From the human T2T-CHM13v2.0 reference genome, Homo sapiens, in the NCBI RefSeq assembly GCF_009914755.1, contig NC_060945.1: a stretch of DNA of 64,000 nt. One strand, written 5' to 3'. The notes below the pieces were generated by a model. That model did not search any database. It was not told the DNA's origin and worked only from the letters and a program-made list of their open reading frames with translations. Each line of letters starts with the position of its first letter. Positions within the stretch are counted from its first letter, which is position 1. Shown in pieces: positions 13,585 through 31,496 of this stretch. A program made the translations under genes and the position numbers.

Positions 13585-13658
13585 CTGTAATCCCAGCACT
13601 TTGGGAAGCCGAGGCGGGTGGATCACCTGAGGTGAGGCATGAGCCACCGTGCCCGGCC
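13585..13658. mobile_element. Rearranged 74-bp Alu 5' remnant, two pieces in opposite orientation
   Basis: 13585-13633 is Alu nt ~24-72 on plus; 13635-13658 is Alu nt ~1-24 on minus. Confidence 0.9.
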
Positions 13659-14637
13659 TATATACATTCTTTTAACTACTACTTGCAGATATTTGTTCCC
13701 TTATAATTATAGGGGAACCACTTTCACTTAGTATCAAAATATCCAGATCCACTCATCAAAGTGTAAATAATCCTTGAGTAAATTACTTTTGCAAATTTAT
13801 TTTTATGTAATATTTACTTAACTTCCTCTTACCTACATCCAGTAGTCAATTTAAAAGGCAGAATTTTTACTATTTTATATAGAACTGAGGCAGTATTTGA
13901 AAAAAATCTCAAAACACTCTTCAGGAAGGACTGGCATCTAAAACACCAGTTCCAATACATATTTTAGTAACATTTTAATGGACAGATGGTTTTCAAAATG
14001 TTATTATAATTAAAAAAAAACCTTCCTCTGAGTTGATGTTTATGGAAAACTAATATTTCATAAATGCCAAGTTACTATGATGTATTATCTGAATGCTGCC
14101 CCTGCCATTCTATAAATATAAAAATCATAGCCTTCTAGCTAACTTTGGTATTAGTCAACAGTTGTGCTGATGAAAAGTAAAATCAATTCATTTAAAAAAA
14201 ATTTTCATGAAAGAAAAAACAAGTAACTTGTAAGAAGCATGGTAGATGAACCAAAAAATAAAGTAAGATTAACCATAAAGACATGCCATGGACTTCTCTT
14301 TTTTTGGAACACCCTTTTCATGCATATGAGAATAAAAATTAAATATTAAATACCTACTTTATGTATGTACTTTTACTTGTACCTATTGCTCTTTAAAGAT
14401 TAAAATAACTCCTAAAGCCTGGATAGTTGAGCCCATTGTGCTCTTCTGCCCATAAAATTGCTAAGCTGTGAATGGAAGTCCACATTAACAATATGAAGAT
14501 GTTCATCTCTGTTTTTGCAAGTTAAAGGAAAGAAGTTTGTTTTAATCTAACCAGATAGAAATGAGGCTGGACACGTTTAAAAAAATAAGCCCCAAAGCAA
14601 ATGCTATCAAATGCAGAATAGAGAGAAGAAATCCTTA

Positions 14638-16510
<1,873 letters not shown>

Positions 16511-16649
16511 AAAATAGTGGAGATGGGGTGGAAGGCGGCACAGCTTGGCATTGCTGGAGTGTGATGTGATAGGAAAAGTGCAGCCGAAGACAAAAAAAGA
16601 TGTAAGTAGGCTTGACTCAGTGCAGCTAAGAACCTAGATGTTATCTTGA
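16511..16649 (+). repeat. Right flank shared by both GC arrays, copy 1 (copy 2 at 49103-49242)
   Basis: Direct repeat, roughly 90% identical by eye (about 13 differences in 140 bp). Confidence 0.93.
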
Positions 16650-18929
16650 GGGTATTAACTAATAAGCAGTTTAAATCAGAATGCCACATTCTGATTTTTT
16701 GTATGTTCACATTTGGCAGGCATAGATACTGTTTGAAGAGAGGAAAGTCAGTAGATAGACCTTACAAATATGTGCCAAGTCTAGAAACAAGAGACTAGGG
16801 GGATAAGGACCTTTCAAAATAAAATGCAAGATTTGAAAACTGATTGGCTGGGGCATGAGGAAAAGGCAGGTCTTTAAGGTCAATCCCTGTTTTGCTTTAA
16901 GTTGTTAGCAGGTGGTTTTATCACATATTGTAGAATATGTCATTTCAGTTTTGAACATCTTGAGTTAAATTGTCCTAACGTATCTTATGAATTTGATTTT
17001 CTTCCCTGGGAAGCTAATATTTCAAAAACTTAAAGAGTATAGATTTCCAACTTGTATCCAATTTATAAAATTATCTGTAGGGTGCTGGTTTCAGGAGGAG
17101 GCTCATGACTATTCTATTTGCAGAGGATATATCAGGAGTTAACAACAGCTTCAATATTTGTGGACGACCAGTTAACTAAGCCACCTCTTAGTGTATTTAG
17201 ATGGGAAATCTTAGCTGAATATATTCAATAATCAACCAAGAGTGACTAAAAAATTCAATATTTAAGTATATTTCATTGTAATTAATTTGAATTGAAGCAG
17301 CCATATACAGCTAGTATTTACTACATTGAACAATGCAAATACGAGGAAAAAATTAATAACCATCTCTAATACCACATGCCAAAATCTTCATAAATTTATT
17401 CTAGCTAAAGGAGTTTATCAGAAGCAGCAATTGAAAGCACTAACTAAACCAGCTGGGGTTAATTCACTGTCATTCTCTCAGAACCATCTCTTCTCTGAAC
17501 AAAACAAGTAGAAGAGTTCATTGTGAATCTACATTCTCCTTGCCTATTTTAAGGTTTTGATGTTGACACTAATTTGTGAAATCCCTCCTGTGGTGTGATA
17601 TTTCGTTTTCCTTGCTTTCTGTTAGGACAAGAATGCTTCAGCTCTTAATTTAAAATTATGTTTCTCCTTCCTAGGTTGAGTGAACTTAGAATGCATTCTC
17701 TGACATATCCAAGTTTTTGTTAATATGAATTTGGGGGAAAAAGCATACTTAATTAGCTAAGACTTCTTATTCTAGGCTTGACCCTGTGTTTGACATCTTT
17801 TGAATCTGTAGTTGCATAGGCTGCTCTCTGACACCGGTTAGTGGCCTGGAAGCTATATTAACGTTAGGGGAGGTGGTGTGTGAGCATTACAGGTATCCTT
17901 GCAAGGAAAGACTTGTCTTATCTCAATACGTCTTTTTTTTGCACACAAGAAAGTCAGTGTTTGAGTCTTCTAAAATCTTCCTATTTCCAAGTTGCAGAGT
18001 ACCATTGATTCCTAAACAAAGATCTAATTTTTGAGTCAGAGACGTGGTAAGGTAGTGAATCACCATTATAATTTAACAGTCTTCAAGATAAAATTATCTC
18101 TCTGATAGTAAGATTTTGCCCAACTATTAAGATATTTGGGTGTTTCGTTAAGAATGGAAGACGCTAGTCTCTTGAGCAGAGACTATAAAGGCCTCAGATG
18201 ATCATTTATAATTATATGCTCTTTTCTTTAACACCTTCAACACAGTTGGAAGCAGCCGATATTCCCCAGAGTTGTTGTGTTTTTGAAACCAAATGCATGG
18301 TTCAGTGGTAGAAAACTGGGTTGATCCAAGCTGTTTTCAATAAACACTTCATTTCAGGTGACCTATTTCATATTAAATAATCTCTAGATCCTGTCTTCCA
18401 AACTAACTAGATCAGATAACCTACCCTGGATTTTCCCCTTTTAGGGTCTGTGAGCTGCAGTCACTTTTGTGAAAATGATTGCAATGACAAGATAGAGGTG
18501 TAGACCGGGAAAATGTTTTGACTAATTTAAGCATAGTGGTATTTCATATGAGAATTTAAGTGACACACATTTGAAAATTATAATGGAGTCTCTTGGCTGA
18601 GCTTTAAAGAAAAATAGCGTGTAGGCTAAAAAGGGAACTGTTACCTCTCCTAAAATCAGAAAGATGTTACAGTAATTCTCCATTCTCTAGAATTATCAGG
18701 AAGCACCTTTGTGATGATTTACTTTTGCTCTTGGGAGTGTGAGCCCGTGTAGTTGTGGAACCATCAATTAGAATGATGGCTTTCTGATCCCAAAGTCATT
18801 CGTTTGGAAAACAATATTTTTCATAAATTTGAAAGTGAGAAGGTTTGATCTTGCCATTCCCAAGTAACTCTCTTAATGAGAGGCATCAGCCTGCTTCAGT
18901 GACAGCTGTCACCTTCCAGTGCTGAGAGT

Positions 18930-19680
18930 CATCTTTGAGTTCTCCATTTCACTCCCTACACTCCAGTTTAGCTGCAGTTCTCTTGGCCAGTCCTCTGAAA
19001 TACATCTATGGCCTGACGACTTCTCACCACTAATACCACTCATCCTGACAGCATTCTCACCTAAGTCACTACCTATTTTCTGTGGACTACAATAGCCTCC
19101 GAATTTATTTGCTCACATAACCTATTTATTCTTCACAGTGCACGAGATACACCCCTTTGAAATGCAAACACAGTCATGTTATTCTCTGGTGAAATTATCT
19201 CATATATTCCTATCGCATTTAAAATTAATTCAGAATCATCCCATGATTATCAAAACCCTACATGCTCTTCCACAACATGGTTTACTTCATGTTTTTTTTT
19301 CCACTGTACTGAATTGGTGACTAATAGTCATATTTTTGTTTTTGCTCAAAAAGTCTTGACTTGTAAATTTTTCAGTTTTTCTTTTATCTACAGGTAACTC
19401 TTTTTTCGTAAGGCGAATTGCTTGCTTCCTTGAGTTCTGCTCTCAAAGATACCCTTCATTTTCTACCTAATATTAATAACTTTAATCACTCATTATTCCA
19501 TTACTATGCTCTATAGTGTATACAGTTTCTGTTCTTGCTCATGTTATTAACTAAAGTATTTATTGGTTCCAGTAATTTATTCCATAAATATTGTACACAT
19601 AAAAATTATGTTATTTTTATTGCTGTATGCTCAGCTGCCCAATAACTGTTTGAGGATTAACATATTTGTTAAATGCACAA
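18930..19680 (+). mobile_element. L2 fragments
   Basis: Degenerate L2-like motifs (cttctcaccac...ggactacaatagcctcc). Confidence 0.45.
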
Positions 19681-20009
19681 ATACATTCTTTCACAAATAT
19701 TAGTTTAATAATTTTATATTAAACTCCCTATATACTTACAATATGAATTAGATAACTCAGAATAAACATTCCGTTGGAGAAAACTAAACAATTTGTTATA
19801 AAACATCCTTAAAAGCATCAGAAAGTTAATACAGCAATGAAGAATTACAGGACCAAATTAAGAATGGTATGCAAGCCTGTTTGTGAGGCTTATGTTTGGG
19901 TTATCTCTTTACTTAGAGTGACTATAAATCTCAAAAGAGAACTAAAGGGAGAAATAACCATATCTACTAACATGGTAAGGGTATTTAAACATCTCTTAGT
20001 AATTGAGAA

Positions 20010-20155
20010 AATTGAAAGAAAAGAAAAAAGAAAGGGAGAAAGAGAAACAGTGAAAGGGATAATGAAGGAGAGAAAGAAGAGAAAGGAAGAGGACGAAAAG
20101 TAAAAAGATGGAGGAGGGGGAGGGAGGAAGAAAGAAAGGTGGAAAGAAAGAATGG
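20010..20155. repeat. GA-rich low-complexity tract
   Basis: Polypurine run read directly. Confidence 0.85.
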
Positions 20156-20179
20156 TAAAGTTTTCAACAACATAATTTA

Positions 20180-21720
20180 TCCTTCTAGAATATGAATGTT
20201 GGTCTATTTGATGATGTCCCACAGATTCCTTAGTCTCTGCTCATTTTTTATTTGTTATTCTTTCTGTTTCTCAGAGTCAGTATTTTCCATTTTCTTATCT
20301 TCAAGTTCATGACTTCTTCTGTGTGTGCAAATATACTCTGAAATCCCTCTGGTGATTTTTGAATTATTATCATTGTAGTTTTCCACTCCAGAATTTCTGT
20401 TATCTCTTTGTTGATATTCCTACTTTTTAATATTTTTTCTGATTCCTTGATTTCTTTGTTTATGTTTTCCTTTTGACATTTGAGTATAATGAAGAGAGTA
20501 GTTTTAAAGTCTTTGTCTAATAAGTTTGAAGTCTGGGTTTCCTTAGAGATACTTTCTGTCAGTTTGTTTTGTTCCTTTGAATGAGCCATACTTTCCAATT
20601 CTTTGTATGTCTTGTAACTTTTTTTGAAAACTGGACGTTATAATAATTATAATTACTATGTGGTTATTCTGTAAATCAGAACCCCCCCCCCCACAAACAC
20701 AGTAATGTTTTGTGGTTTTAAATTTTATTTACTTATTATATTCTCAAGGTTTTTATTTTTAGTGAAATTTTCCAAAGTGATGTGCAAAACTGTTTGCTTT
20801 ATAAGGTGTGGTCACTGAAGTCTTTTTGTTTCCTTAACAAATGTTAAGCTAATGTTTTGACAGTGATTTTCTTGTATGTCAGGAATTAAGCAAACAGGCA
20901 AATACAACAAACACAAAGAAAAACAAGTAATCATTATCCAGCAAAATATGTCTCTAGTCCATGCAGACTGGCTTTGTGCTGGGTTCTTTAAAGCCGACAC
21001 AAAGTGTGTGTTCACTCTTGCACTGAGTGAAGTTCAAGTTCACTCTTGCACAGAGCCTGCACTGAGGGGAGGGATCGGCCAAGGTAAAAGTGTAGGGTCT
21101 TCTTATGACATTTGTCAGCATGTGGCTTAACCTATGCATACATGTGACTTTCTAGACTGTCCCATGTACGTGAATGATTTTGAATGTCTTAGTTTTCCAA
21201 ATACTCTTCTCCAACTTTTCTTCCTGTGCTGAAGGTGATCTACTATATGTGTAAACTCTAATTTTTGCCCTAAGAGTCTCTGGTTTGTTAGGTATCCTTG
21301 CAGTTTCTTAATAATGTCCATTCCTTATCTGTTCTGTATTCTAGCAACACAGAAAAAAAAAAAAAAGCCTTTCATTAGTCCTTTAGGTATCCCCCAGACC
21401 AGTCAGAACAGACACATAATAATTTGCGAGTAAGATCTTCTCTTGTTCCTTTGGATCATGGACCAGGGTTTCTCACTGGGAACGTGGGCTTCTGACACCT
21501 CAAAACTGCCAATTTGCTGGGGCAAAGGCAAGTTAAAAATGTCATAAAGTTTTCCAGTTGTCTTTTTCTTGAGTCCACTATCACTCGGTTGTTGTAATCT
21601 TTTGACCATTTTCCAGAGTTTTGGCAAAGTTTATTCGGACAGTTTCTCTTAGTTGTCTGATGTTTCTGTGGGGAAATGAAAGATTGCAGCTGTCTCCACT
21701 ACCATTTTGCTGATGCTCCT
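20180..21720 (-). mobile_element. Old L1M 5' region with degenerate ORF1
   Basis: ORF 20248-20598 (ESMAHSKEQNKL...LLDKDFKTT...EILEWKTTM) resembles mammalian L1 ORF1p. Confidence 0.75.
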
Positions 21721-21767
21721 CTTTTGTCAATTTTTGCTTCACGTTGTTATGCTTTGTTATTAGTTCA

Positions 21768-22192
21768 TGTATTAGTTTTATAGGGCTGCCATAACCAAGT
21801 AACACAAACTGGGTGCCTTGAAGAACATACATTTATAGTCTTATAGTCCTGGAAGCTAAAAATCTGAGCTTGAGGTGTCAGCAGGGATGGTCCCTTCAAG
21901 GGCTATGAGAGAAAGTCTGTTCTATGCCTTGTGTCTAGCTTCTGGTGGTTTAGTGGCAGTCTTTGGCATTCCTTGGCTAATCTCTGCCCTCATAATCACA
22001 TGGTACTCTCCCTGTGTGTATGTCTCCCTCTACTCAAATTTCTTCTTTTTATAAGGACATCAGTCATATGGAATTCAGGCTCATCTGATTTTATCTTAAC
22101 TTGATCACCTGCAAAGAACCTATTTCCTCATGAGGTCATATTCAGTGGTTAGGATTTCAGCATCTATATAGAGGAAACAATTTAGCTCATAT
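21768..22192 (-). mobile_element. MLT1 (ERVL-MaLR) solo LTR
   Basis: tgtattagtttt..gggctgccataac..aca..aaactgggtg..ctagcttctggtgg..ataaggaca are MLT1B/C motifs. Confidence 0.85.
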
Positions 22193-22865
22193 CTGTGCAT
22201 ACATGATTGTAATAGCTATGTCTTCCTAAAGCGTTGACCCCCTTCTTACTACAGTATAAAATTTTAAAATCCTATTCACATTTTTAATAGTCTATGTTGT
22301 GTCTTATGAGTATAATGAGTTCAGTGTTCTTATGATTGCCCTTTGCATGATATTTTTTGTCATCTTTTTACTTTCAACCCATTAGTATCCTTGCATCTCA
22401 GCGTATATTGTGATCACTTGTTTTAATCCAGTCTGACAATCTCTCCCTCTTGATTGGATTTTAATCTGTTCACATTTAATATTATAATTGGTATAATTCT
22501 GTTTATGTCTGCCATTTTACCGTTTGTTTTGTATATTTCTCAAATATTTATCTTTATTGCTTTATTTTGCAATGAATGAATATTTTCTGAAATAGGGAAC
22601 TTTAGATTACTAATGAATTATTTTACTATATATTTTTGAGAATTTTTGTTGTTGTTGTAAGTTTACCATATAGGTATATGGAAAATTAATTAATCAAATC
22701 ATCTTCCAACTTATACTAGTAAAATTTTAGTAACACATAGAAACATCATTCTTATACAAATCTCTTTTATTTCCTCCATTTTAAAGTATTATCACTTTAC
22801 ACATTACATCTATTAAAGTTACAAAGCCAACAATACATTTTAGTAATTATTACTTTACCATCTAG

Positions 22866-23301
<436 letters not shown>

Positions 23302-23779
23302 ATTATACACATATTATTTTATAAACAATTTATGATAAACAGAAAACATGCATTTCTACTGTCTTATAATGTTAATTTTACCTATACCAGTGCTTTTTTA
23401 AAAAAAGTGGATTCAAATGACTGTCTTGTGCAACTTGCTTTTAGCCTTAGGAATTTATTTTGGTGTTTTTTCTTTTTTTGTTTGTTTGGTAGGTCTGCCA
23501 GCAACAACTTCAGTTAATATTTCTGTTTCTCTGGGTAAGTCTTTGTGTTATCTTCATTTTTGAAAACTAATTGCTGGATAAGGAATTGGTGGCTGACAGT
23601 TTTTTTTCCTTTGCATTTTTTGAATATATTATCCTCCTACCTCTTGCCTTCCATTGTTTCTGTTAAATCAGCTGTTAATCTTACAAAACATAGGTGCACA
23701 AAAAATAAACATGTGCATGAAGTGTGAGAAGGCTACATTCCTGAGACCCTGAGAAAAAGTACCTGCATAAGACTGAGAT

Positions 23780-24440
23780 GAAATTACCTACTCTAGTTAT
23801 AATTGAAATCCCAAAAAGAAAAGGGGAAAAAATAATGGAGCCAAAGAAATATTTTTCAAAATAACTGCCAAAAATATTCTAAAAGAAGTGACAGAAAATC
23901 AAACTTCAGATATAGGAAACTCAGAGAATGTCAAATAGAACAAAAACAAATAAGAATTACATCTTGAAAAATCTTTAAAAAATCAACTCTAAATTTTATA
24001 TCTTGCTCCAAATATATAGAGATATAAATAGGTTATCTTCAAGATATGGAGAAAGCCATATCATGGAAACACTAAAATAAAGCTGTGGGAAGGACCACAT
24101 TGATATTAGACACAACAGAGTTCAGAACAAGAAATAGTATCAGAGATGAGAGATAATAGATAATATAATCATCAATTCTCAAGAAGATGTAAACCTCCTA
24201 CTAATTAGGGTATGCAGCTAACAACAGAACCTCCAAATACATGAGGAAAAACATGAAAGAAATCAAAGGTGAACTAGAAAAATCCAAAATTATATTTGCA
24301 GACTTCAACACTTTTGTCTTAGTAATAGACAGACTAGGCACAATCTCAGTAATCATGTGGAAGATAAGAACAACAATATCACCAACAAGACATCCAATCT
24401 GCAATGGCAGATACTCTTTCCTTTCAAGTGAAAAAAAAAA
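23780..24440 (+). mobile_element. Old L1M fragment with an ORF2 endonuclease remnant
   Basis: KNMKEIKGELEKSKIIFADFNT is similar to the L1 EN motif IIVGDFNT. Confidence 0.7.
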
Positions 24441-24494
24441 AAAAAACAGTATGGCGTATTCTGCAACAAACCCAGAATTTCTAATATTTGCGGT

Positions 24495-25060
24495 CTTCCT
24501 TCCTTCTTTCCATCTTCCTTTCCCTTCTCTTCCCTTCCCTTCCCTTCTTCCTTACTTTCTTCTTTTCCTCTTCCTTTTCTTTTTTCTTTTCCTTTCTTTT
24601 TCTTTCTTGTATTCTCCTTCCTTCCTTCTTTCTTTCCTCTTTTGCTTCCTTCCCTCCTCCCTCCCTTCCTTTCTCCCTCCCTTCTTTTCTTTTCTTTCTC
24701 AATTTCTTGCTTTCTTTCCTTTTTTCTCCCTTCCTCCCTCCCTCCTGTTCTTCCTCCCTCCCTTCCTTTCCTCCTTTTACCATCCTTCCTTCCCTCCTTC
24801 TCCTCTTTATTTTCTTTGTTTCTCTGCATTCCTCCCTTTTACCATTCTCTCTTCCTCCTTTCCTTCCTCCCTTCCTCCTTTCTTTCTTTCCTTCTTTCTT
24901 TCTTGTGTTCTTGCTTTCTTTTTTCTCGCTTTCTGCCTTTCTCCCTCCCTCCCTCCTTCCCTCCCTTCCTTCCTTCTCTCATTTCCTCGTTTTCTTTCTT
25001 CTTTCTTTCTTTCCTTCCTTCCTTCTTTCCTTCCTTCTTTTTTGTTTCTTTTATTTCTCT
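24495..25060. repeat. CT-rich polypyrimidine tract
   Basis: About 570 bp of TTCC/CTTT-type repeats. Confidence 0.95.
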
Positions 25061-25151
25061 TTACTACAATTCACATTATTTAAAAAAAATTAAGAGAGGG
25101 AGGCAGAAAAATAAAGAACACTTTAATCTGCAGGTAAATAGATTATGTCTG

Positions 25152-25950
<799 letters not shown>

Positions 25951-26943
25951 GAAGCTTATATAGTAATTGTATCATGAAAATGAGAACCATAATTTACAAC
26001 TGCTTTTAATACTGCACTTGGATGTTTGAAATCACATACATGGAAATGATCTCTATGTGTATGAGGGAGGATAGCAAATTGATGCCAAAATAATGCAAAT
26101 GCAAATCTTACACTCATTTCTATGTAGGTTTCATTTAATCTTTGAAATTAAAATGAAATAAAAAATTATGATATTTTGATGAAATTAGACTAAAATGAAC
26201 AATAACAAAATAAGAACTTATTTATATTCTTTATATGGTCAGTAAAGAAGTGATAGTGGAAAAAAAACAAGATCAAATGAAGGTGATGATTTAGGAAGTT
26301 GGAAAGATAGCTTAAACTACAAAATGGTATATAACTAGTGGACACTTAGACACATTGATTGATGAACTTCAGCTTTTGGCTTGCTGAGAGCATAAAATGA
26401 GAGCAGCTGAGGTTTGCAAATTTGTAATCTCCTTGTGGAAAAACAGGCAAAAACACATCTCAGCCTAATAAGATTTATCTACTAAAGAGTCAAGACTTGA
26501 TCCATTTGTCCTTGTAATTGAAAAGCTAATTCAAATACTGATTTGATGTATTGTGTGAACAACCATTGCTGATTATCATTGCATACCTCGCAATGTCTTT
26601 AATCTGATATCTAAAATATTTGGTAATTCCTAGACTTTCTCTTTTCAAACCCAGTACGGTTTAATTTCAATCTTAGAAGAGTTGTCTTTGAGAAATTCTT
26701 CCCTCTACTGCATCTGTGAATGGGCATAGCATGGTTACATACATACTGTCACCCCAGAGAACATTTGTTAAATTAGAGCCAAAGTTTAAAGCAACAGCTT
26801 TAACTCACTGGTTTTACTAACGTTTTCCTCCCCAATAGCCACAACAACATTGATACCCTCACACCTTTTAACATAAAGCTTAGTGTTGTCTATTTTTCAG
26901 GTGCTGTCATCTATATGGTCTCAGTATTTTAAAAATCAGCTTC

Positions 26944-27254
<311 letters not shown>

Positions 27255-28815
27255 TCAACTCCATTGATTTCTACATAAATATGCACAGGTGATGTCCATA
27301 CAGACATAAATAATAATATGTCTGACAATGATTCCATATGATCTTCAAAATGTAAAATGCCTATCTGTTTAATTGGTTAGTCTCATTAATGAATATAGAT
27401 TCAATTCTACTTTCTTGTTCTAGATAAATTATATAATCTAGCTTTTGGTTTCACTTATTTACTGATAACAACAGGAAGAATGACAAGATATCTATTTTGG
27501 AAAATTACTCTGGTAGGAGTAAAGATGAAACTGATAGAATTGCATGGAAAACTAGAAAAAAGTATGGTCTTCTGATATTCTATCACATCATATACCAAAG
27601 GCCTCATAAAACTCATATATTTTATCTAAAAATGTTATTTTCACCTTAGGATCAAAGCATGAGACTGGAATTGTATTAAAATGTGCTTGTATCACAAGAA
27701 CATGTGCTAAAAAGGAGGGGAAAACATCACTACTGATATTTTAAACATATGTTTTACTTTCCATCAACATGAACCTCAACTTGATATGATGCAGATTGAA
27801 GGAAATCACCCATAATTCCATATGAAGAAGGCCTGTGATATTTTATGGGAAAATAAATAGAGAAAATGCTAACAGCAACCCTATTAAGCATGAAGCTTTA
27901 TGGAGCAAAGACAAATCCAGTGGTGAAAGATACACACTCGAGTTCTGTTTGTTGTCTTGGAACAATACGGTTTAGAGGTGACTGGCGGGTGAGGAGAACA
28001 TATGCAAGTTCACCAAAGAGAAAAGCTGAATGAGGCAATGCCTCTTCCTGACTATATCTCTTACTCGGATAACTATATAATTTATTGTCCAGTAAAGGGT
28101 ATATTAAAAAATCATATTAAAAGTCATGCAGTGAAGTTGTCCAGGGAAATCAAGACTTAACAGTCTCACTCTGACAATAATGAATAGGGGGGTTCCCTCA
28201 AGATAGACTAGGACATGACCCCACACTGGCAGGTAGTAGTACCAGAAAAGAACCCATGGAAAATCTTTACCTTATGCTTGAGGTAAGGACCAGGCTAAAG
28301 TGAAAGCCAGACATAAAATTCTATCTAAAATATATCCACAATCGAAGAAAATATGTGGTGTACAGGCATAGAATGTCTTTACTGGATCATTGAAATAGTA
28401 AGATAAATTCAACATTTTACGTTGTTTTCTTTTCCTCCAGTTAGGGCTTGAGGTTTGTCTCTGGAGAGTGACTGTCAATTGGAGCCCTGCTTTTCTGGGG
28501 TTCTGGGCAGGGGGTTGTGGATGCTTAACATGTGCCTTTCACAGGACACTTCCTTACCCCAGCAGTGGCCAGGTGTGCATCCCACGACCAGGCCTCCCTC
28601 TCACAGAACATCTGTTGAGACTAGGAAATGCCTGGTGACTGTTGCCTGACCTGTGTCCTGTGTATTTCTGACAAGAGCCACTCTCAGAGACCCTGACCAG
28701 GAGGAGAGTTAGGTTCCAGTGTAGCTCAGCTCAGACACATGGAGGCCACAGGACCAAACGTGGGAAATCATAGAAGTAGGTTTATTACTCACAGATCCAG
28801 AGAGAAGAGGGTAGC

Positions 28816-29162
28816 TGAGAAGAGGGTTTAGCTGTGTCCCCAGCCAAATCTCATCTTGAATTCCCACATGTTGTGGGAGGGAACAGGTGTGAGGTAATTG
28901 AATCATGGGGGCAGGTCTTTCCCATGCTGTTCTTCTGATAGTGAATAAGTCTCACAAGATCTGATGGTTTTATAAAGGGGAGTTTCCCTGCACAAGCTCT
29001 CTTGTCTTGTCTGCTGCCATGTGAGACGTGCCTTTCACCTTGTGCCATGATTGTGAGGCCTACCCAGCCATGTAGAACTGTGTGTCTATTAAACTTCTTT
29101 CTTCTGGAAATTACCCACTCTTGGGCATGTCTTTACCAGCGGTGTGAAAATGGACTAATACA
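28816..29162 (+). mobile_element. THE1 (ERVL-MaLR) solo LTR
   Basis: TG...gctgtgtcccc..caaatctcatcttgaat...ggactaataCA with 5-bp TSD GTAGC (28811-28815 / 29163-29167). Confidence 0.93.
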
Positions 29163-31496
29163 GTAGCACACCTCATAGGGCTGAACAAAATGGGGAAGAT
29201 GAGTGGGGAGCAGGAGAGAGAAAAGGGGTCTGTGGGACTCCAGCCTTTATTAGGCCCAGAGCATTACCCAAATAAGTTTTCCACGGGGTCTAGTCGGTGG
29301 GGTGAGTGCCAGCAGGCACATTTCTTGGCTCCCGCTGCAACTAAGCAGGTCACTCTGGCATGTGGGGGCTGTCCATGTGGGCTGTGAGGTCTGTGGGGTG
29401 AGTCAGGTAGGTTGTATCCAACGGTTCTGTAGTGGGTATTCATCAGGAGGAGGCAACTGTGTAGGGTGAATTTCTGGGCCAGCCATACTGAGAAACTGTG
29501 AGGGTTAGAACTGGAAATTGTCAACGGAATCTGAACCCAGCTACCATATGAGAGAGTTCGACTTACGTTCAATGTGAATGCCATGGCAATATTAAAAGGT
29601 AAGAAATGGCTCCATAAGTGCTTGAGGTATATAGGAGAAACCTAGAATTTATGCAAACAGTGAGAAGATTGGATTGGTTTTCCATCACATATTTTAATAC
29701 TAGCAGCATATTATATATGTCAATCCATCAGACATTCAGAAATACATGCTTATGAAAATTTTTTGCACCTTCAGACAAAAGACAAGGGTAGAAGACATTT
29801 GTAACCCTATAAACACTAGTAAATTAAAAACAGAAGGACCTTATGTCCTAACATATTTGTGTTGGGAAAGGCTGCCCTGTGAAATATGGGATTTCTTAAA
29901 CATATTTTAAAAATCATGGGTGTCAATATTTTTTAGAAATCCATTTAAATTTTCTCTTGCTATTTTACAATGCCTATTTATTTATTTAGTGGCTCTGCTG
30001 ATTTTGATGTATATCCTAAACTTTACATTCTCTTTAAAGGATGTTTTATACAACTTTATGTAAAATGTTTCAGTGTCTTCACATTCTCTCCCTGTCCTTT
30101 TGTTTTGCTCTTATATGGTGGTCCTGAGTCTTTTCTCTGGCTTTTCAAACCTAGTAAGACTAAGACACTAAAGTAACTTTGCCCGTGGTTTGGTAATATT
30201 TTCTAAAGCACATCCTAAGCTCTCATGCATACAGGGGTCTCCTTTGAGCTCTGTGCTTTTGAGATCCCATATACCTAAATTCCAGTATTGGAAATCAGTA
30301 CTGCTCAGTTTCAGTTACTACGTTTAAAAATGTATTTTAATAGCAAGTTAGTTTAGTGCACTCTTGCTTCTTTCTTGACTGTTTGTATACATGTATATTC
30401 CTTTAAATGAATCTTGGAATTTATTTAAAAATTTTAAATTATACTAATGAAACTGTATATTGTTGTGAATTCACAGGTGAATTTGGAAAGAATTTGTTTT
30501 TATGATACTAAATCCTTTTTATCCAAGAATCATGTGACTTTATATTTATTCCAGTCTATATTGATATCACTGAGTAAATATATAGAAATGTAGATACATA
30601 CAGCTGTAGTTATAGATACAAATATAGATATAACATGTTAAATCTATATCTATCCCATATAACATATATACACGTTATATGTGGGTGTGTATATATATAT
30701 GTTTATGTTATTAAAGAGCTCCCTTAAAATTTTTATTTTATTTCCTATATAATTTTAGGTCGAGCTTGAATTTTCCTTGTATAAACAAGCAAATATTTAT
30801 ACTAGTTTTAACACTGATGTTTAGACATTCTATCTTATTTTAGCATTGAATATTTTCACAATTATTATAAATATTATCTAATATTAATAATGTACCTGTT
30901 AAAAATATTTAAAATTTTACCTTTGAATTATTTTATTGTTGAATTTAAATTCCTTTAATATGACAGTAAATTTCTATTTTATGCTTTCTCTATGCATATG
31001 CAAATTAATCTATCCACTTCTCTATCTCTATGTAGTAACACATGAAAATCAGGCCTCTCTTCTTCTAATGGACATACACATGTTTGCATATAGAATATCA
31101 GACTCTTTATAGCATTTAAAATCTTTAAAGACATGAATATTGCCTTTTAACAAATATATTTTAGCATGTACTGAGAATCCCCTATTTATTTTTAATTTGG
31201 GCTAATCAATATGATTATTAATATTATTGGATTGCCAAATTTGGAAACACATTTTCATCCCCAAGGTGGATATTTGTTGTTTTTTTTTTTTTTTTTTTTT
31301 TTTTTTGCCAATTTCTTGTCTTACTGTTTCAAATGTTGTTGTATATTATTTTTATTTTATTTGGGATTTTACTATCAACATTTGTAAGTGATGTACTCTA
31401 CATATTTTTTCTTCAATATCTGGTGGGTTTTATAATGACAGCCATATTGGATTTGTAGTAGACATTCACAAAAATTATTCCTGTATGTTTTATAGC

